DNA of 64,000 nucleotides, from assembly GCA_963774265.1 (NCBI GenBank), contig CAVZDU010000010.1, positions 128,001 through 192,000 of the forward strand, in the 5' to 3' direction. Origin of the DNA: an uncultured Chloroflexia bacterium. GTDB lineage: Bacteria > Chloroflexota > Anaerolineae > CG2-30-64-16. The number at the start of each line of letters is the position of its first letter. Position 1 is the first letter of the stretch. Positions 52,688-60,990 of this stretch are shown here, piece by piece. The translations under genes and the position numbers were made by a program. Under the pieces are notes generated by a model that did no database searches, was not told the DNA's origin, and was given only the letters and a program-made list of their open reading frames with translations.

Positions 52688-53092
52688 TTGATTGACCAAT
52701 TGCGGATGCTGGAAGAGTTTCACACCGTGTTCGGTGCGCACCTGGAGCGCACACCCACAGTAGATCTGACCGAAGAAACCATAGCGCTGCGCGTGAGTCT
52801 GATCCAGGAAGAACTGAACGAGTATCGCCAGGCCGCTGAAGCGCGCGATCTGGTGGGTGTGGCCGATGCTTTGAGCGATCTCATGTACGTGGTCCTCGGA
52901 ACCTATGTGGCGCACGGCTTGCAAGGCCTCGCGGAGCCACTGTTCGCCGAAGTGCATGCGAGCAACATGAGCAAGCTTGACGAGGACGGTCGCGTCATCT
53001 ATCGCCCGGACGGCAAAGTGCTCAAATCCACACGCTGGCGGCCGCCGGATCTTGCGGGGATTTTGGAACGCGATGCAGACAACGGAGAGTAG
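52688..53092 (+). CDS. MazG-like/PRA-PH nucleotide pyrophosphohydrolase
   Basis: LIQEELNE, DALSDLMYV, EVHASNMSK, DGKVLK. Confidence 0.88.
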   Translation: MIDQLRMLEEFHTVFGAHLERTPTVDLTEETIALRVSLIQEELNEYRQAAEARDLVGVADALSDLMYVVLGTYVAHGLQGLAEPLFAEVHASNMSKLDEDGRVIYRPDGKVLKSTRWRPPDLAGILERDADNGE

Positions 53093-54125
53093 GAAGCGCC
53101 TTTATATCGCCTACACTGGCGGCACGATCGGCATGGGGCGGACAGCGGAGGGGTACGCGCCGGCGCCAGGTTTCCTCGCGGAGCAGATGGTCGCGATGCC
53201 CGAGTTGGCCGATCCGCGCATGCCGCGCTACGACATCCACGAGTATGAGCCGTTGCTGGACTCCTCCAATATGCGGCCCGCAGACTGGGTGCGGATTGGT
53301 CGCGACATCGTGGCGCATTATGGCCAGTATGATGGGTTCATCGTCCTGCATGGAACCGACACGATGGCCTACACTGCCTCAGCGCTTCCTTTCTTTATCC
53401 AGGGTTTGGCTAAGCCGGTGCTCATCACGGGATCGCAAATCCCCCTGACGGAAGTGCGCAACGATGCGCGCAACAGCCTGATCACCTCCATGCTCATTGC
53501 GGCAGAGGCACGCGTTCCCGAAGTGTGCCTGTACTTCGGGAACAAGCTCCTGCGGGGGTGCCGGTCAACCAAGGTGCATGCCGACGGGCTGGATGCGTTC
53601 GATTCGCCCAACTATCCCCCCCTTGGAATCGTGGGTGTGGATGTCGACATAGATGCGACGCACGTCCGGCAGCCACTGAGTTCAGGCGAGGTGCTGCTGA
53701 CTGAACCTGTGCGAGAAGCGATGGTAGGCGCGTTCCCTCTGTTTCCTGGTCTTTCGCCGGATCTGTTGCGCAATGTGCTGCAAGCGCCACTTCAGGGGCT
53801 GGTCTTGCTGGCGTATGGCGTTGGAAATGGACCGGACCGCGACGAAGTCTTGCTGCGCGTTGTCCGCGAGGCGACTGACCGCGGTGTGGTGGTGGTGGCC
53901 TGCACCCAGTGCCTGCGCGGGTCGGTGCACCTGGGTGAGTATGCTACTGGCGCAGCCCTTGCGCGGGCCGGCGTGATCAGCGGCTTCGACATGACCACCG
54001 AGGCTGCCCTGTGCAAGCTGTACTACCTGTTCAGCATCGGTCGTTCGCCGGACGAAGTGCGGCGGATGATGCGAGAGGACTTGTGCGGCGAAGTGACCCT
54101 GCCGCCGGTGAGGCAGGTGTCTTGA
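53073..54125 (+). CDS. ansA: Type I L-asparaginase
   Basis: YTGGTIGM, DSSNM, HGTDTMAY, TGSQIP. Confidence 0.93.
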   Translation: MQTTESRKRLYIAYTGGTIGMGRTAEGYAPAPGFLAEQMVAMPELADPRMPRYDIHEYEPLLDSSNMRPADWVRIGRDIVAHYGQYDGFIVLHGTDTMAYTASALPFFIQGLAKPVLITGSQIPLTEVRNDARNSLITSMLIAAEARVPEVCLYFGNKLLRGCRSTKVHADGLDAFDSPNYPPLGIVGVDVDIDATHVRQPLSSGEVLLTEPVREAMVGAFPLFPGLSPDLLRNVLQAPLQGLVLLAYGVGNGPDRDEVLLRVVREATDRGVVVVACTQCLRGSVHLGEYATGAALARAGVISGFDMTTEAALCKLYYLFSIGRSPDEVRRMMREDLCGEVTLPPVRQVS

Positions 54126-54269
54126 ATGGACTGTTATTTGGATTTGGACGAGGCGCGGCGGTTTGGCTGCTGCTCGCGGGGCCAATTGCCCTGCTGATAG
54201 GACTGCGGAATCCTCGGGAGAAAGGCTGAGGAACACGCGTGCCGGGCAGAGATGCCGAGATTAGCTCGC

Positions 54270-54321
54270 TTGACGTAAGCCTCGCGGGGTGCTATAGTGT
54301 CTATGACGCACCGCGTCATAG
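54270..54321 (+). promoter_or_regulatory. Promoter with a palindromic operator upstream of phasin-phaR
   Basis: TTGACG-N17-TATAGT, then CTATGACGC-ACC-GCGTCATAG (9-bp inverted repeat). Confidence 0.6.
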
Positions 54322-54364
54322 ACGATCAGTGTCCGGTGCGCACAGACCGAAGAAGGAGGTCTCG

Positions 54365-54958
54365 ATGGAAGATAAGTCCACTTTCACCGTTCCAGAGATG
54401 GCTGCAGACGAGGCTGGCGAGCAGATCCAGGATCCGACGACTGATACTGAGATTATGAGCGGTATCAAGAAGATGGTCAACGATGCTACCGCACAAGTGG
54501 AGCGGCTGCCTGGCGGCAAGCATGTGCGCGAAGCCGTGAAGAGCGTTTCGGAACAGGTCAAGCAGGGCGCCCAGGATCTGGAGAAAAATCCCCTGGTAGT
54601 TGCCGCGCATAAGGTTTTGCTGGCAGGCGTGGGCGCTGCCGCCCTGGCACAAGAGGAAATCGAGGATTTCGCCAACCGGCTCATCGAGCGCGGTCAAATC
54701 GCTGAGGCAGATGGCAAGCGTATGGTCAAGGACGTGCTGGAGCAGCGCCGCAAACAGATGGAGCGCACCGGTGAACGGGCGCAGGGAGTCGCATCCGATC
54801 TCGCTGAGGGCCAGCGGCGCATCGCTGATGACGTCGAGCAACGAATTGAGCGTGTCTTGGCGCGCATGAATATCCCAACGAAGGAGGAGATCGAGACGTT
54901 GACCTCGAAGATTACCGCGCTGACCCGCAAGGTCGATGAGTTGAAGAAGTCCGGGTAA
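54365..54958 (+). CDS. Poly(hydroxyalkanoate) granule-associated protein (phasin, PhaF/PhaI-like)
   Basis: KVLLAGVGA, LIERGQ, RMNIPTKEEIETL; AAGGAGG RBS. Confidence 0.8.
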   Translation: MEDKSTFTVPEMAADEAGEQIQDPTTDTEIMSGIKKMVNDATAQVERLPGGKHVREAVKSVSEQVKQGAQDLEKNPLVVAAHKVLLAGVGAAALAQEEIEDFANRLIERGQIAEADGKRMVKDVLEQRRKQMERTGERAQGVASDLAEGQRRIADDVEQRIERVLARMNIPTKEEIETLTSKITALTRKVDELKKSG

Positions 54959-54960
54959 CG

Positions 54961-55389
54961 ATGCCCATCGTCAAGCGCTACCCCAATCGCAAGCTTTACG
55001 ATATGGCCGCCAAGCAGTATGTGTCGCTGGAGGCAATCGCGAATATGGTTCGGCGAGGTGAGCCGGTGCAAGTCGTAGACAACGCGACGGGAGATGACCA
55101 CACCACGCTGATCCTGGCCCAGATCATTGTGGAACAGGAGAAGCGCGGCGATGGCTGCCTGCCGCTTGACGTTCTGACTGGTCTGATTCAAGCCGGTGGC
55201 AACACGCTTGCTGGCCTAAGGCATCGACTCAGCACTCCCTCTGAAAGAGCCCTGGAGGAAAAGGCGTTGGAGAATGCGCTGCTTGCTCGGGGCATGCCGA
55301 CGCGTGAGGATGTGTCGCGCCTGTCAGACCTGCTCGATCAGTTGGCCGCGGAGGTGGACAGGCTGCATCCCGGTCCGCAGGGCAAGTGA
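54961..55389 (+). CDS. phaR: PHA synthesis regulator PhaR-like DNA-binding protein
   Basis: IVKRYPNRKLYD..YVSL..VVDNATGDD.T..LAQII. Confidence 0.85.
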   Translation: MPIVKRYPNRKLYDMAAKQYVSLEAIANMVRRGEPVQVVDNATGDDHTTLILAQIIVEQEKRGDGCLPLDVLTGLIQAGGNTLAGLRHRLSTPSERALEEKALENALLARGMPTREDVSRLSDLLDQLAAEVDRLHPGPQGK

Positions 55390-55390
55390 C

Positions 55391-55426
55391 AAAAAGAGCT
55401 CCCGAGAAACTAACCTTCGGGAGCTC
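55391..55426. terminator. Terminator hairpin between convergent genes
   Basis: AAAA-GAGCTCCCGA..TCGGGAGCTC. Confidence 0.6.
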
Positions 55427-55471
55427 GACAAGGCGAAAGTTGGCCCGCTGTGAGCCAGGCCACGTTCCTTT

Positions 55472-55696
55472 TCAGAACAAGCCTCGCACAGCCAGCGTGA
55501 AGCCGAAGATCAGCAGCGGGACGCCAACGATCGCGCCGACGACGGTTATTGTCAGGGCCACGCCGGCAATCATCAACACCAGGCCAAGCAGCATGGCGAC
55601 CAGCCTTCCGGTCACCTTGATGATGCCGGCCACGAGTCCCCAAAGGGCGGCAAACGGCCACAGATACCAGGGTGTGTTGCGCTGCGTATTGCTCAA
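55472..55696 (-). CDS. Small membrane protein
   Basis: GGAGG RBS, hydrophobic hairpin. Confidence 0.65.
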   Translation of the reverse strand: MSNTQRNTPWYLWPFAALWGLVAGIIKVTGRLVAMLLGLVLMIAGVALTITVVGAIVGVPLLIFGFTLAVRGLF

Positions 55697-55759
55697 GAGA
55701 ATCCTCCGCTAATCGTCCAGTTACTATCCTATACGCAGCCTACGGACCGTTGTTTCGCG

Positions 55760-56839
55760 CTACATGCCTGCTGCGACAACTGCGGTGCATTCGTCGTTCC
55801 GCAGGGTCATGCAGTTCACCCCTTGCACGACACCTTCTTTGGCGGGCGTCTCGTCGACCGCGAAGCGGATAATTTTGCCAAGGCCCGAAATGGCGAAGAT
55901 ATCATCGCCCGGCTTGGCGGGCGTCGCGCCGATCAGCCGATCGGCCTTCATGGCCTGTTTGCCTCCCGAGCCGGGGGCCTTGTTGAGCGCGAAGCCAGAC
56001 ATCTGCCGCACTGTGCCTTTGCCGTCGGCCGCCAGCATAAAGACGCCCTCATCGCCCCTCACACTCGCTACGCCGACCACCACGTCGCCCGGATCGACGC
56101 GGATGCCCAGGCTGCCTCGCACCGCAACCTGGGGCTCGGCGAAGCGGATGGCGAGTCCCCTAGCCGTAGCGATAAACAGATCTGCGTCCGCTGCTGACCA
56201 GCACGCAGCTGCCGGTGCGCCGCCGTCTCTTGTGTCATACAGGATCGTGCCGGGCTGGAGTGCCCGGCCAAAGACGTTGTACCGCCATCGGCGCACCTGA
56301 CCGCGGCGTGTCACCATGGTGAGGTACCCGGCGCCCATGTCGGGCGTGAGTAGTGCGATCTTTTCTTCGGACGTGAGTGGCGCCCACTTCCGGATAGACT
56401 CGCCGCGCCCGCGCACAGGCGATTCGGCGAGCTGGTTGACCGGGAGCGGGAATACACGACCCAGCGTGGTCATGACGATCAGAGTCTGGGAGAAATCCGC
56501 CACAGTCAGCAAAGCCGGTGGATCGCCTTCGGGCGCGTCCAGGTCGAACACCCCCATGCCGCCGCGTCGCTGTCGGTCGTACAGGTGGCGCGGGGTGCGC
56601 TTGACGATTCCACCGGCGGTTGCGGTGATCATGTTATAGGTGGTCGGCGCCTCGCTGGGGCCGGCGGGTTCATCGTCGTTCTCATGGGAAGCTTCGCTGC
56701 GCTCGCTTGACACCGCAGCGCCACGCATTCGGCGTTCGAGGTTTGTTTCGCGCAATGATTCGAGTTCGGTTTCAAGGGACTGAATGTAACTCAGCACCTC
56801 CAACGGGAGGCCTGAGAGATCAGGTCGATCAACAGGCAT
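55760..56839 (-). CDS. Stand-alone DNA gyrase A C-terminal beta-pinwheel protein
   Basis: GyrA-box-like QRRGGMG; repeated T..G...R/IRF blades; VQGVNCMTL; no breakage-reunion domain. Confidence 0.8.
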   Translation of the reverse strand: MPVDRPDLSGLPLEVLSYIQSLETELESLRETNLERRMRGAAVSSERSEASHENDDEPAGPSEAPTTYNMITATAGGIVKRTPRHLYDRQRRGGMGVFDLDAPEGDPPALLTVADFSQTLIVMTTLGRVFPLPVNQLAESPVRGRGESIRKWAPLTSEEKIALLTPDMGAGYLTMVTRRGQVRRWRYNVFGRALQPGTILYDTRDGGAPAAACWSAADADLFIATARGLAIRFAEPQVAVRGSLGIRVDPGDVVVGVASVRGDEGVFMLAADGKGTVRQMSGFALNKAPGSGGKQAMKADRLIGATPAKPGDDIFAISGLGKIIRFAVDETPAKEGVVQGVNCMTLRNDECTAVVAAGM

Positions 56840-56899
56840 CAGTGTGCACGCCTTTCTGTTCGGTCGCTGAGCTGGTTGTGGCATTCGCCTCACCTGGCG

Positions 56900-57619
56900 T
56901 CAAGTGATCAGCTCTGGCGGCAGGTGCTCCACGCGGTTCTGGAAGCGGATGCTCACGCGGCCATCGGGGCGGAACCGGACGCGTGTGATCCCGGTATTGT
57001 CATGGTGGAAGAAAACAGGGGCATCTTGCGGCACGCAAACGAGCGCACGCAGCAGATATGCAGAGAAGCCTCCGTGCGTAACCAACGCAAGACGTTCGTC
57101 GCTCAGCGCTTCTCTCCGCAACGCAGCCGCGACACGCTCGGCGCGGTCGAGAAAGCACGCGCGATCTTCAAATTTATAGCGCCACCAGCCACCCTCTGTG
57201 ACATCGTCGGGTAAGCGGAAGTCGGGGAACTGCGCGGTGATCTCAGCACGCGTCATGCCGGGATAACCTCGGATGCCCTCATCCGCCCCGTGGTCGAGCC
57301 ACATCCCTCCCTCTTCGTGGATATCCACCCAAACATGAGGTGGGAGGTTTAGCGCCTGGCCGATAGCGCTCGCGGTCTGCAATGCGCGCAGCATCGCGCT
57401 GCAATACAGCCGGCTGATGCGCTGCCCACCATTTGAGGGATCGGAGGGCTGACCCTCGATAGGCTTTGTCTTATGGTCGATGCCATTGGCCAGGTGCGTT
57501 GCGACCAACTGCGCCTGGCGCATGCCCAGGTCAGTCAGCGGTGGGTCAACAACGCGCTCGACCTGGTCGACGAGCGCGTTGTTAGCCGATTGTGCGTGTC
57601 GGATGATAAACAGTTCCAT
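56900..57619 (-). CDS. Histidine phosphatase (phosphoglycerate mutase family)
   Basis: IRHAQS, LTDLGMRQA, SAMLRALQT, VTHGG. Confidence 0.9.
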   Translation of the reverse strand: MELFIIRHAQSANNALVDQVERVVDPPLTDLGMRQAQLVATHLANGIDHKTKPIEGQPSDPSNGGQRISRLYCSAMLRALQTASAIGQALNLPPHVWVDIHEEGGMWLDHGADEGIRGYPGMTRAEITAQFPDFRLPDDVTEGGWWRYKFEDRACFLDRAERVAAALRREALSDERLALVTHGGFSAYLLRALVCVPQDAPVFFHHDNTGITRVRFRPDGRVSIRFQNRVEHLPPELIT

Positions 57620-58887
57620 GACGGGCGATTGTAGCACGGAGTCGGCAATTTGGTCATTCCAGATTCTTGGAAGATCTTCCAGTAACTCTCCAGCCTCATT
57701 CGTGACAGTCGTCCAGAGCGCATCGCGGACTTAACTGCGCACCATGGTTCACGTGTGTGGGTGCAGTTCGCGTATTCGCAGGCCTTCGCGGGTTCTGCAA
57801 ACTCAGGATAGAAGCGGGGCAAGTCGGCTCGTTTCAGGCCGGCCAGCCCGAACTCACGTATCCCGGGAGTGTCAGCCACAAAACCGCCGTTCGCCAGTGG
57901 GTGCAGGGTCACCTGTGTCGTGGTGTGCCGGCCCTCCTGCCGCCGTTCGTTGACATCGCCGATCTTCAGGTTGAGGCCCGGTTCCACCGCACCGAGCAGC
58001 GACGACTTGCCCACACCGGATAGACCGGCCAGCGCAGTCGTGCGGCCGGCCAGCACATTGCGCAGTTCGTCGAGGCCGGCGCCTTGAACTGCGCTTGTCA
58101 GGATCACCTGGCACCCGGCCTCCCGGTAAGCAGCCTGTGTGGCGTCCAGCTCCCGGCGATCCTCTGCCAGGTCGATCTTGTTGATTGCGATCACAGGCGC
58201 CAGGTTGTGGCGCCGCGCCGCGATGAGATAGCGGTCCGTGAGTTCGGGCCAGAAGGCCGGACTGCGCCAGGACGCGACGATCAGCAATTGGTCCACGTTT
58301 GCGACGATGACCTGTTGCTTGAACGCGTTGAACGGGTCGGGCCTCGAGAGCGCGCTCCGCCGCGGCAGGATCGCGTCGACCATACCCCGCTCGTGTCCGT
58401 TGTGCGAGACGAGCACCTCATCGCCCACGGCCAGCATGTTGCTGTAGCCGCTGTGTTCGATACGCAGAGCCTTGCGGAGGCTGCACACATAGCGCCCCGC
58501 TTCGGTTTCGACAGTGTAGAGGCCGGTCGCAACCTCAACCACCGTGCCGCGTGATTGCTCGATCGCGGCCCGGTCCGGCTGGGCGTCGGCGGGCCCCGCA
58601 TCCTTGCGATTCTCGTGCGTTATAGTCACGCCGATTCCCTCGTGCAGCGGGGATCGAATCACCTTCGCCTGTCGCCATTCAGTTTCGCCTTTGGGCATGA
58701 TGCGCTCGGCAGCTTCGATGTCGAGATCGTCATAGCCGTTCGGATCTTCGACATAAACCTCGACCCAGTCCCGGCGGCGCACCTTGTCGGTCTTGGGCGT
58801 GTTCTTGGCTGTCGTCGCCGTCCCGGACTCCCGCCGGGACCTCTCTTCCATCCATATTTGGATTGCTTTTTGTTTCCTGGTAGCCAA
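57535..58887 (-). CDS. rsgA: Ribosome small subunit-dependent GTPase A with N-terminal extension; true stop probably near 57654
   Basis: OB fold, NKID, GLSGVGKSS, GRHTT, DTPG, Zn finger CEYANCTHTREPWC. Confidence 0.92.
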   Translation of the reverse strand: MATRKQKAIQIWMEERSRRESGTATTAKNTPKTDKVRRRDWVEVYVEDPNGYDDLDIEAAERIMPKGETEWRQAKVIRSPLHEGIGVTITHENRKDAGPADAQPDRAAIEQSRGTVVEVATGLYTVETEAGRYVCSLRKALRIEHSGYSNMLAVGDEVLVSHNGHERGMVDAILPRRSALSRPDPFNAFKQQVIVANVDQLLIVASWRSPAFWPELTDRYLIAARRHNLAPVIAINKIDLAEDRRELDATQAAYREAGCQVILTSAVQGAGLDELRNVLAGRTTALAGLSGVGKSSLLGAVEPGLNLKIGDVNERRQEGRHTTTQVTLHPLANGGFVADTPGIREFGLAGLKRADLPRFYPEFAEPAKACEYANCTHTREPWCAVKSAMRSGRLSRMRLESYWKIFQESGMTKLPTPCYNRPSWNCLSSDTHNRLTTRSSTRSSALLTHR

Positions 58888-58910
58888 CGTTTGGAATCTC
58901 CCTGTGAGTT

Positions 58911-58957
58911 AAAAGCAAAAGCCATGAGCGTGCGACATACGTCGTTTGGCTCATGGC
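58911..58957 (-). terminator. rsgA leader terminator 2
   Basis: GCCATGAGC..GCTCATGGC-TTTTGCTTTT on the minus strand. Confidence 0.75.
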
Positions 58958-58980
58958 CCGTCGGTTCGGTGCAGCGAATC

Positions 58981-59024
58981 AAAAGGCCATGAGCGTGCGA
59001 CACGTGCCGCGTAGCTCATGGCCT
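58981..59024 (-). terminator. rsgA leader terminator 1
   Basis: AGGCCATGAGC..GCTCATGGCCT-TTT on the minus strand. Confidence 0.75.
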
Positions 59025-59052
59025 ACAGTTCAGCGGGGGTTCCCGGTCTGGC

Positions 59053-59127
59053 TCAGGCTCTGTGAGCGAGGCGAGCGTTCGTGTCGCAAGCCGTTACGGT
59101 TTGCGCGAGGGCTTTGATATAGGCCAT
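59053..59127 (-). CDS. Putative 24-aa leader peptide MAYIKALAQTVTACDTNARLAHRA
   Basis: AAAGGAGG RBS 8 nt before ATG; lies between the promoter and the tandem terminators. Confidence 0.65.
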   Translation of the reverse strand: MAYIKALAQTVTACDTNARLAHRA

Positions 59128-59167
59128 AACACTCGCCTCCTTTCATGGAGTCAATCTGGTTTCTCTA

Positions 59168-59195
59168 ACTATACTTAAATACGCACCGTTGTCAA
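59168..59195 (-). promoter_or_regulatory. Sigma70 promoter of the rsgA leader
   Basis: TTGACA-N16-TATAGT on the minus strand. Confidence 0.7.
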
Positions 59196-59224
59196 AATCG
59201 TTGCACATCATTTTCGACTGGGAT

Positions 59225-59656
59225 TTACTGCAAGTAGTAGCGATAAACATTGGTCTCGCGGCGTTCAAAGCCGACCCGCTGATACAGCCGATTAGCCGCC
59301 TCACGCGACGGACGCGAGGTGAGATCGACCGTTGTCGCGCCGGCCGCCTTGGCGACCATCAGCGCATGCCGCGTTAGCGTCTCGCCGATGCCCTGCCCGC
59401 GCTGATTCCCGTCCACAATCACATCCTCGATCCACGCGCGCAAGCCCGTTGGGATGCGGAACATCGCGAGGGTCAGAGTGCCGACGATTTCATCCGCATC
59501 GTTGCGGGCCAACAAGAGGGTGATCGCCGGCGCCGAAACCATCTCCTGCAACTGTGCGTGCGTCGGCGCCGGATTCGACGACGAGAGCTGCGGTACGAGT
59601 CTCGCCATTGCCGCCATCAGTTGATCGGTCACTTCCGTAGCTTTTTCCACGCGCAT
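59225..59656 (-). CDS. GNAT family N-acetyltransferase
   Basis: AWIEDVIVD..RGQGIG, LTSRPSREAANRLYQRVGF. Confidence 0.9.
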   Translation of the reverse strand: MRVEKATEVTDQLMAAMARLVPQLSSSNPAPTHAQLQEMVSAPAITLLLARNDADEIVGTLTLAMFRIPTGLRAWIEDVIVDGNQRGQGIGETLTRHALMVAKAAGATTVDLTSRPSREAANRLYQRVGFERRETNVYRYYLQ

Positions 59657-59679
59657 CTCTGTTCCTCCCAGGTTCGTCG

Positions 59680-59853
59680 GTAGGGGCAACCCTTGCGGTT
59701 GCCCCGGCAACGCAATTGCCCCGGTCATACGTTCGCCCCGATACCGGGCGGGGGCGAGCCGGGCGGGGGCGAGCCGGGCGGGGGCAAGCCGGGCGGGGGC
59801 AGGCAAGCCGGGCGGGGGCAGGCAAGCCGGGCGGGGGCAAGCCCCGCCCCTAC
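59680..59853. repeat. Inverted pair of GTAG-type REP palindromes with a 15/19-bp tandem array
   Basis: GTAGGGGCAACCCTTGCGGTTGCCCC (+); (CGGGCGGGGGCRAGC)n ending in GCAAGCCCCGCCCCTAC (-). Confidence 0.85.
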
Positions 59854-60650
59854 GCCACATCGGACAGGTATTCCTCTACCTTCGCAGGGTAGGGATGGCT
59901 GGGCAGATTCTGCGGGTTATCTGCGTCAAGCGCCCACCGTAACGGGTTCTCCCGAATGTACCTACGGATCGCCTGCAACTCGCTTTCGCTGCGGATGACG
60001 TGTTCGTAGTAGTTGCGCTGCCAGAATTTGGCTCGGCGGGCCGGATCGTTGGCCCGAACCCAATCCAGATATGCAGCGAATATCAGAGACTTGAACACCC
60101 CGACCACGTCGCCCAGGACCGGTGCAGCCTTCACCGCAGTTGGCTCAGGAATCACCCAGGCTCGATGGTTTAAATAGGGCACAACCGCATCGGGGGCAAC
60201 CGCATCGGGGGCAACCGCAAGGGTTGCCCCTACATCTCGCCCTGTAGGGGCAGGGCTTGCCCCTGCCCCGTGTGCCCCTGCCCCATCTGCCCCTGCCCCA
60301 TCTGCCCCTGCCCCATCTGCCCCTGCCCCGTGTGCCCCTGCCCCATCTGCCTCTGCCCCATCTGCCCCTACCCGATCTTCCTTCGCGTCGACACCGGTCG
60401 CGGCCCGACAAATCCACAGGATGAAATGGCAGTGGTTCGGCATGACCACGAATTCGTCCAGCTCGATGGACGGGAACCACCTGGGCAGCGCTTGCCAGAC
60501 GTCGCTGATGATTCCCGACACGATCGGATCCCCCAGCACACACTCGCGCCCCTGCGTGCAGATGGTAACGAAATACGCGCCCGGCTCGGCATAGTCGTAG
60601 TCGGGCAGGCGAATAGAACGCCGTTGCTGTTTGTCCGGATCGTATGCCAT
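59850..60650 (-). mobile_element. REP-associated tyrosine transposase (RAYT, Y1/HUH)
   Basis: RRSIRLPDYDY..GAYFVTICT, VMPNHCH (HUH), WQRNYYEHVIR, YIRENP. Confidence 0.92.
60183..60372. repeat. REPs and 15-bp tandem arrays inside the RAYT coding sequence
   Basis: GTAGGGGCAGGGCTTGCCCCTGCCCC followed by about 7 copies of (ATC/GTG)TGCCCCTGCCCC; opposite-facing REP followed by CGATGCGGTTGCCCC units. Confidence 0.85.
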
Positions 60651-60676
60651 AACCCACCCGATCATCCCATCCCGCT

Positions 60677-60752
60677 GTAGGGGCAGGGCTTGCCCCTGCC
60701 CCGATCTGCCCCCTTGCCCCTGCCCGATCTGCCCCGATCCACCCCCGCCCCG
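60677..60752 (+). repeat. REP with degenerate tandem tail upstream of RAYT
   Basis: GTAGGGGCAGGGCTTGCCCCTGCCCC followed by GATCTGCCCC-like units. Confidence 0.8.
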
Positions 60753-60872
60753 GTATCGCTGAGCGGCCAGATCTCGCGAAATGCGGGTGTTGCACGTCTC
60801 CATTCGCCTCTCCCGGGTGAGACTCACGCGGTCGTTGGTCGGGACAGCAGGATGAGGACCGAATCGTGAGAC

Positions 60873-60990
60873 CTACACCAGCGCGACGTGCAGCCGGCGG
60901 CCCAGTGCGGCGGCCGCTTTCTCCAGTGTCGCCAGCGTTGCTGACTCGGAGTCGCAATCCAGCAGCCTGTCAACCGCTGCCCGGCTCGTG
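60873..60990 (-). pseudogene. 3' fragment of an XRE-HTH antitoxin split by the IS
   Basis: TSRAAVDRLLD..SATLATLEKAAAALGRRL continues the 62611-62783 fragment. Confidence 0.85.

Noticed and set aside
59657-59860. PARLA-repeat N-terminal extension of the GNAT, and the 60651-60827 extension of RAYT
   Set aside because: These are translations of REP arrays; better starts exist at 59656 and 60650.
59745-60372. Tandem repeats as a CRISPR array
   Set aside because: Units are 15-19 bp and contiguous, with no unique spacers and no cas genes; they derive from REP arms.
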